From the NCBI GenBank assembly GCA_010356995.1, contig ML996700.1, positions 620,001 through 684,000 of the forward strand: a stretch of 64,000 nucleotides of DNA, read 5' to 3'. Position numbers and translations under genes: made by a program. Shown here in pieces: positions 13,751 through 21,100 of the stretch. Under the pieces are notes generated by a model. The model was given only the letters and a program-made list of their open reading frames with translations, searched no databases and had not been told where the DNA came from. Position 1 is the first letter of the stretch. Each line of letters begins with the position of its first letter. Source of the stretch: Trichodelitschia bisporula. Taxonomy: Eukaryota.

Positions 13751-14884
13751 ATGCCCCCAAAAGACTCCTCCCTCTACGGGCTCCCGCGCCCAAAAAAGAC
13801 CGCCACGGCAAAGCCCATATCCACCTCAACCCTCGCCTTCACCAGCACACTCAGCAGCCTCATCTCCTCGCGCAGCATATCCGACGCGCCCAAACCCACC
13901 AAGAAGTCTACAGGAAAGAAGGACGACATCTTCAGCACCCACAACCGTGGCGCTCTCAAACGCGCCGCCGCCGATATAGCCCCCACTCCCAACGGGCAAA
14001 CACACAGCACCGACTCGCCAGATCTCGACCCGCACACCCTGCGCCGCACACGCCGGAAGCTTGAGGAGAAGGCCCGCTTGTATGCTGCGCTTAAGCGTGG
14101 CGATGTGGATGATGCGGAGGGGAAGTATGCGGTCGATTTTGACCGCAAGTGGGCGGAGGAGAATCCTGAGGACAAGGAGGCGGTTTCGTCAGAGGGTGAG
14201 GACGACGACGATTCGGACGGCGACGAGATGGTCGAGTACGTGGATGAATTTGGGCGGACGCGGAAGGGGACGCGCGCGCAGGCAGCGCGGGAGGCGCGCT
14301 TAATCCGTGCCAGGGAGGAAGGGAGGGCGGAACCGGATATATTCTCGTCACGGCCTGCGCCGCCGTCGCAGCTGATTTACGGTGATGTGATCCAGACGGC
14401 GGCGTTTAATCCCGAAGCGCGGATCGCGGAGGCTATGGCTGAGTTGGCGGCGAAGCGGGATCGGCCGGATACGCCCCCGCCCGAAACGCATTTTGATGGA
14501 AGGGGGGAGATGAGGGAGAAGGGGGTTGGCTTCTTTCAGTTTAGTGCGGAGGAGGGGGAGAGGGAGAGGCAGATGGAGGAGTTGGCGGCTGAGAGGAGGG
14601 AGACGGAGAAGAGGCAGGAGGAGGCGAAGAGGAGGGTTGAGGAGAGGAGGAAGCTGGTTGAGGAGAGGAGGAAACTGGTTGAAGAGAGGAGGCGCGCTAT
14701 TGGGGAGAAGAGGGGCAAGCTCAAGGCGGATAAGTTTTTGGACAGTCTGGCGGGAGAGATGGGGGGAACGGAGAAGCCGGAGAGTGGGGGGAAGGAGGGG
14801 GACGTGGACAAGGGCAAGGGGCCGGAGAAAGACAGGGGCAAACATCGGGCTGTGGACAAAGGGGATGGGAGTTTTGGGCCTTGA
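13751..14884 (+). CDS. CCDC174/DUF4078-like coiled-coil protein
   Basis: Intronless ORF from ATG 13751; motifs LEEKARLY, VDFDRKW, VEYVDEFGRTR, HFDGRGEMREKGVGFFQFS followed by an E/R-rich coiled coil. Confidence 0.8.
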   Translation: MPPKDSSLYGLPRPKKTATAKPISTSTLAFTSTLSSLISSRSISDAPKPTKKSTGKKDDIFSTHNRGALKRAAADIAPTPNGQTHSTDSPDLDPHTLRRTRRKLEEKARLYAALKRGDVDDAEGKYAVDFDRKWAEENPEDKEAVSSEGEDDDDSDGDEMVEYVDEFGRTRKGTRAQAAREARLIRAREEGRAEPDIFSSRPAPPSQLIYGDVIQTAAFNPEARIAEAMAELAAKRDRPDTPPPETHFDGRGEMREKGVGFFQFSAEEGERERQMEELAAERRETEKRQEEAKRRVEERRKLVEERRKLVEERRRAIGEKRGKLKADKFLDSLAGEMGGTEKPESGGKEGDVDKGKGPEKDRGKHRAVDKGDGSFGP

Positions 14885-15157
14885 GCAGTACCATACTGGG
14901 AGAGCTCTCACACTACGATACCTCAACAACAGAATATGCTATCACCACGGCAAAAGCCACTTAGACGAACATCACCAGGCACTATAGCTCGAGGTTGATG
15001 TAGCAAAACAAACATTAAAATTACTATGGTGCAAGATGCTACCCCGCCGATCTAGTGACCGTGTCGTAGATAGCAAAGCAGACGCGAAATAGAAGTGCGC
15101 GCTGAAAATACAATCTTATCATCGCAGCGCCTTGTCGTGTATGGTTCCAATCACCGA

Positions 15158-18100
15158 CTAGACGCTGCTTCCCCCTCCTCTAGCTTCACCGCGTTCTGCC
15201 CCCTCACCACGGGGTCTTCCTCCATTTCCACCGGGTCTTCCATCACGACGAGGTCTTCCATCACCGCCTGGTCTTCCATCCCCACGGGGTCTTCCCTCAC
15301 CACCTGGTCTTCCATCACCACGAGGTCCCCCATCATCACGCGGTCTCCGATCCCCTCTCCCACGGTTCTCCGAATCCCCTCTCCCACGTCCAATTGTCAC
15401 GGGTCTTCCGTCACCTGCATGCCCTTCACGCGGTCTCCCATCACCCCCCCGTCCCCTCTCACCCCCCCCTCCCCGTCCCCTATTCTCACCCCGTCCCTGT
15501 CCACGCCCACGATTCCGCTCCGCCGGCGTCGGCGTAGTTTGCATATTCTCCCTGCGCTGGGCCCGCCTATCAGCCGGCGGCACAGTTGACCATTCCGGCG
15601 TAGGTTGGGGCTTACCCGACGATGGCTCCGCAGAGGTACTATAGCGGGGGCTCTCCAGGCCCGACGGCGCAGGCGAAGGCGTAGTGCTGGGCTCAGTCGA
15701 TGACGGCTCCGATGTCGTAGGCGTAGGACTGGGCTTAGCAGGCGTAGGGCTGGGCTTAGCCGGTGTAGGGCTGGGCTTGGCTGGAGAAGTCGGCGACGGT
15801 GAAAGGGTAGGCGTTGGTTTAGCCGGGGCGGGGGATGGCGAGGGCGTCGGGCCGGACTTAGGCAGGGCCGGTGCTGGTGAGGGCGTGGGGCCGGACTTAG
15901 GCGGAGTCGGCGATGGCGAGGACGTGGAACCGGACTTAGGCGGTGACGGCGACGCCGAAGGCGGAGGCCCGTTGCTCCAGGCCGGCTTAGCCGGCTGCAG
16001 AGCGGGCTTGAGCGGGGGCTCGGGTGCCTGGGGCGCGGGCTTAGGGGCCGGCTTAGGGGCCGGCTTGTGGGGGCCCTTGCCTCGCCCGTCGGCGCCCTTG
16101 CCCTTGCCCTTGGCCGGGCCACTTTGACGATCCCGCCGATTATCCCATTCGCCGCCTGGGGCGAACTTGGAATCGATTACACCGCTCCATTTCTTGTTGT
16201 CGGTCGCGGGCTTCTCGGGCGTAGGGTTGGACCGGCCCGAGGACGGCGCTGGCGAGGGCGTATGAGACGACTGACGCGACGAAGGCGTAGGGCTAGGCTT
16301 AGCCCCGGACGGCGATGTCCCGGACTGAGGCCGATTCCACGCCGGCTTGGCTGACGGCGCCGCGGGCTTCGAGGGAGCCGGTTTTGTGGACTGCCCGTTA
16401 TTCGTCCGGTTTTCGGGGGCGAACCTCGAGTCTTCCAGAGTTCCGAGCGGTTTCTTGCCGGTCGTGGGCTCGAAGGGCTTGGTGTTGGGATTGAAGGGCT
16501 TGGATGTGGGATCGAAGGCTTTGGCATTGGGATCGATGGAGCTGGACTTGGTAGGCGTAGGGCTGGACTTAGCTGGAGACGGCGATGCCGAAGGTGCAGG
16601 GCTGGACTCAGCCGGGGACGGGCTCAATGCCGGAGGTGTAGGCGAGTGAGTGGCCCTGGTATGCTTAACGGTTTCCGTACTCACGGCCTTGCCGCCTGAG
16701 GTCTTTTTGTGAACCTGGGTGACATCTGAGGACTTCACAGGGGTCTGAAGCAAGTCTTCAAATAGCTGTTCTTCAAATGTGCGCAGGTTGGCGGCATCGG
16801 CGGCTTGAATAATCTTGGGCGCATTTTTCCAATCGGCAAGTGCGCTCGCCGGGGTCTTGCCGGGCGGAAGAGGCGTTGCTGTAGGGGCAGGCGTAGGCGT
16901 TGGCTCAGCCGGTGCTGACTCAGCCGGGGCCGTCTCCGGTTTCGAAGGCGAAGGCGTAGGCGTGGGCTCCAGCATGGATGGCGGGGTGGGAGCCTTCCAC
17001 GTCGGCTCGACTGGCGGCGGAGCGGGTGTGTGCACCGGAGACGGTGGGGTAGGCGGGCACTCCTCAAGCGGCGGAGACGGCTTCTTAATAGCCACCAGCT
17101 TCTTCTTGGCGGGCTTGGGCCCAGGAGCAGGAGCAGGCTCAGTAGGCGCAGACGCAGGAGCAGGAGCAGGTTCAGTAGGCGCAGACGCAAGAGCAGGGGC
17201 AGGCTTGGTAGGCGCCGTCGTAGGTGCCGACTTCTTCACTGACCTCCTGCGGCCCCTGGTCCTCTTCTTGGTAGGAAATCCCCACGGCGTGGTGGGAGCA
17301 GGCTCGAGCTCGGTGGGCGTAGAGCCCTGCTTCGACTTGCCCGGCGGGGTGTACAGCGGCCGCTTTGGCTTCTTGGTCGGTTTAGGGTCGATGGGCCGAG
17401 GGGCCGACTTCTTGGTACGCTTGGACTTGGCATGCTGCAGGTCATACTCACCGCTCGGGCCCCATTTGCTGTTAATTCCTAGCTCGCCGTCGTACGGCTC
17501 ATTCATCGGCCCGTCCATTACTTCGCCTTCAGAGGAGCTGTCTCCTTCGGCGGGCTTGTCGGTCGAAACAGGAGGTAGTTGGTCCGGCTTCTTGGTCGGC
17601 TTGGGGTCGACGGGCTTCGGGGCCGGCTTCTTGCTAGGCCTGGACTCGGGATACTGAAGGTCATAATCACTGCCCTCATCCCACCTGCTGCCTAGTGGCT
17701 TGCCGTCGGACCGCGGATTTAACGCCCCGTCTACTATTTCGCCTTCAGAGGAGCTTTCTCCTTCAACAGCGTCGTTGGTCGAGGTAGGAGGTGGCCGGTC
17801 CGGCTTCTCGGTCGGATTGGGGTCGACGGGAGGAGGTGGCTGGCCCGGCTTCTTGATCGGCTTGGGGTCGACGGGCGGAGGAACCGACTTCGTGGTACGC
17901 TTGGACTCGGTACGTTTCGGGGCCGGCTTCTTGCTAGGCCTGGACTCGGAATACTTAAGGTCATACTCACCACCATCACCCCACCTGCTGCCTAGTGGCT
18001 TGCCGTCGGACCGTGGATTTAACGGCCCGTCTACTATTTCGCCTTCGGAGGAGCTGTCTCCTTCAGCGGGATCGTCGGTCGAGGTAGGAAGTGGCTGGTC

Positions 18101-21100
18101 CGACTTCTCTGTGGGGTTGGACTCGGTGGGCTTAGGTGGCAGAGTAGGCAGTGCCGATTCGGAGTCAGGTTCCCCATTGGCCTTAGCTTGATCATCTTCT
18201 TGGAGCGTCTCCGTGGTGGGCGTGGGAGCGGGCTCGAGAGCCGGCGTCGGCGTGGGAGCGGGTTCGGGAGCCGGCGTCTGCGTGGCAGGCGAGCGGGCCA
18301 TTTCCGCAGCCTTAGCCTGAGCACGCTCTCGGCTCTCCTCCCGTTGCTTCTCTTCGGCATCGCGGCGAGCAAGGGTGGACTTGATGTAAGGGCGGCGGTC
18401 CGGCAAGGGGCGTGGCTCATCTGAAGAATTAGTTGAAGGAGTGGTCCGGGCGGATTCTGGAATCGGAGTTTTCTTGAGGTACTCTTCTGCAAAGTTGCCC
18501 TCTTCGTCGGAGTCCAGGTCGTCCCAATGCTTCACCTGAGGTTCCGGTGTTACAGTAGCGTCATCAGTGGTAACCTCCTCAGTGGAAATATCCTCAGTGG
18601 TGACATCCTCAGTCGTAGCCTCCTCAGTCGTAGCATCCTCAGTCGTAACCTCCTCAGTAATCTCACCATGACCATCCTCCTCATGACCAGTCTCCCTCTC
18701 ATCAGCTTCCTCCTCACCAGCCTTCCCCTCATCGGCCTCCTTCTCAGCAGCTTTCTCGAAATCCTCCTCATTCGTATAGCTTGCGGGGGGGTCATCGTTT
18801 GCGGAAGTTCTACTTTCGGTCTGCTGAGTTGTTTTAGCCATCTCTTCTTCTTCGAGGGTTTCTTGTTGCTTACGCTTTTCGGCGGCCTTACGCTCCACCT
18901 CCTTACGCTTCATCTCCTTCCTTGCATCCATCGCCGCTGTGGCGTCCCGCATGGCCATCTCAAAGATCTCCTCCTCTATCGCCCGGGCGGCAGCGGCCTT
19001 TTCGGCGGCCTGGCGCTCCGCATCCTCCTCCGCCTTATGGGCATCTTCGGCGGCCTGGCGCTCCGCCGCCTTCTTTGCCTTAAGTTCGGCCTTTTTGCAT
19101 TCGCCCGCCTCCTTTCTCCGATCGCTTGAGACCTTCTTTGACCGCGCGCTCTCCGCATCGGCCTTCTCTGCTGCCGCCTTGTCAGCAGCGAGCTTGTCGG
19201 TGGCGGCCTTCTCGGCAGCGAGCTTGTCGGCGGCTGCCTTCTCGGCGGCCTGCTTCTCCTGAGCGGCCAGGTGCGCAGCAGCCTTCTCGGCCTTGTACTT
19301 CTCGGCAAGGGCCATTGCGGCGGCCTTCTTCTCCTTCTTCTTCTCTTCCAGATTCCTCCATTTTTTTTGCTTGCGCGATAGAGGCTCTTCACTGCTGGGA
19401 GCGTCCAGAGTTGGCGCAGGAGCCGGACTTGGAGTGGACGCAGGAACCTGATTAGAAGTCTGAGGAGGAACGGAGGAGCGAGTGGAGTGACGGTTGAAAT
19501 CCTCAATGAGATCATTCATAAGGTCTTCCTTGGTGACCTGGGGATTGAGCACGGGCGACGACGGCGGTTCGTTCAACGAGTTATGACTGTCGTCATTATC
19601 GTCGGCGTCGTCATCGTCCTTAGCGCTCTGCGTGTCACGCGGCTCCCAAACCGCAGGCGAAGGCACAGGAGCACGCAGAGCAGACTCGGGTACGACAGGC
19701 GTAGGCTTCGGTGCCTCCGCCGCCGGCTTCGGTGCTTCAGCCGTAGGCTTCGCAGCCGTAGGCTTTGTAGCCGGCGGGGGTCCGGAGAACTGAGGGAAAA
19801 GTGGCGTCTTCACGGGCGACTTAGGCTTCGGAGCTTTGGAGCTGGGGGTGAACTCAAATTTTTTACCTTTTCTGAGCAAGAAGCGCTCCGATGCGCCAGT
19901 GGCCGGAGGCAGGGGAGCAGGCGGTGCGGCCCCGGGAGCGGCAGGCCTCGGTTCAGTCGTTTGAGATGCTTGCTTCGGGATCTCAGGCTGTGTGGTCGGC
20001 TTGAGCACCTCAGCCGCTGGCTTTGAAGCTTCGGGCTTCTTAGCCGGCGGGGGTCCCGAGAACTGGGGTAACAACGGCGTCTTCGGTGGCACCTTCGCCT
20101 TCGGAGCTTTCCCGCTGAGATTGAACTCAAACTGCTTGTCTTTCTTCAGGGAGAAGGACTGCGGGGCGCCAATTTCCGGAGGCAGCTTCGCCGAAGTTGG
20201 GGCGGAGCCGGTCGGACCAGTGCTGGTTGGAGGGGCCGAGAGAGGGCTGTCTGGTTTTTTACGGAAGAGATCCTCAAACAACATGTTATCGAACGTCACC
20301 GCGTTTGGATGCTTCGCCGTAAGGGGGACAGAAGGACGCTTCTTGCCGCCCTTCGTGCCTTGGCCCGCATCGTCATCTGCATCGGAAGACGACGAAGACG
20401 AATCGGCCTTCTGTGGGATAAACTTCGTAAGCGACGGTAACTTGGACGTAAAGTCAAGCGGTTTATCAAAGACTGAAGGAACCCGAGCACCCGGCACGAG
20501 AGGAGGAGCGGCGAAGGGGGTGGGAGGAGCAAGCCCAGAGCTGGAGAGGGGCTCGCGGTTGGGAGCGGCTGCCTCCCGATCAAACTCGGTCATGGTGCCC
20601 GGCCTAACCCACGACGGTCGCAGCGGTATGATCTTGCGGCCCAGGCGCGGGTCATAAGTCGGACGTGGAGTGACAACGGGAGCCGGAGTCGGGGGAGGGA
20701 CAGGACCCGAAGCCGGGGGAGAAATAGCATCAACATCTGATGTTTCTGACTCATCCCCAACATGCTCAAGCATATCATCAATATCATCCTCGCTGTTGAC
20801 GTAAGGTAGGCCGGCCGGGGGCGAGGGACTCGTACGCATAGGAAGAGGTGTAGAGCCCTCGTCAGAGTCTTCTTCAAATGTCTTCTCAATGGTTTCTTCT
20901 ATCGTCCTCTGCCATTCCATCGCATCGCTATCATCGTCGGAGACCGGCGAATCGCTGCCCTTCACGGGCTCCTGGGTCTCTGTTGCGGGAGGATTGGTCT
21001 CGGTAGCTGGAGGATTGGTCTCAATGGCGGGAGGATTGGTCTCGATAGCGGGACGATTCTGTTCCGAAGTAGCCCTATTCTTCTCCATGAACTCCTGGTA

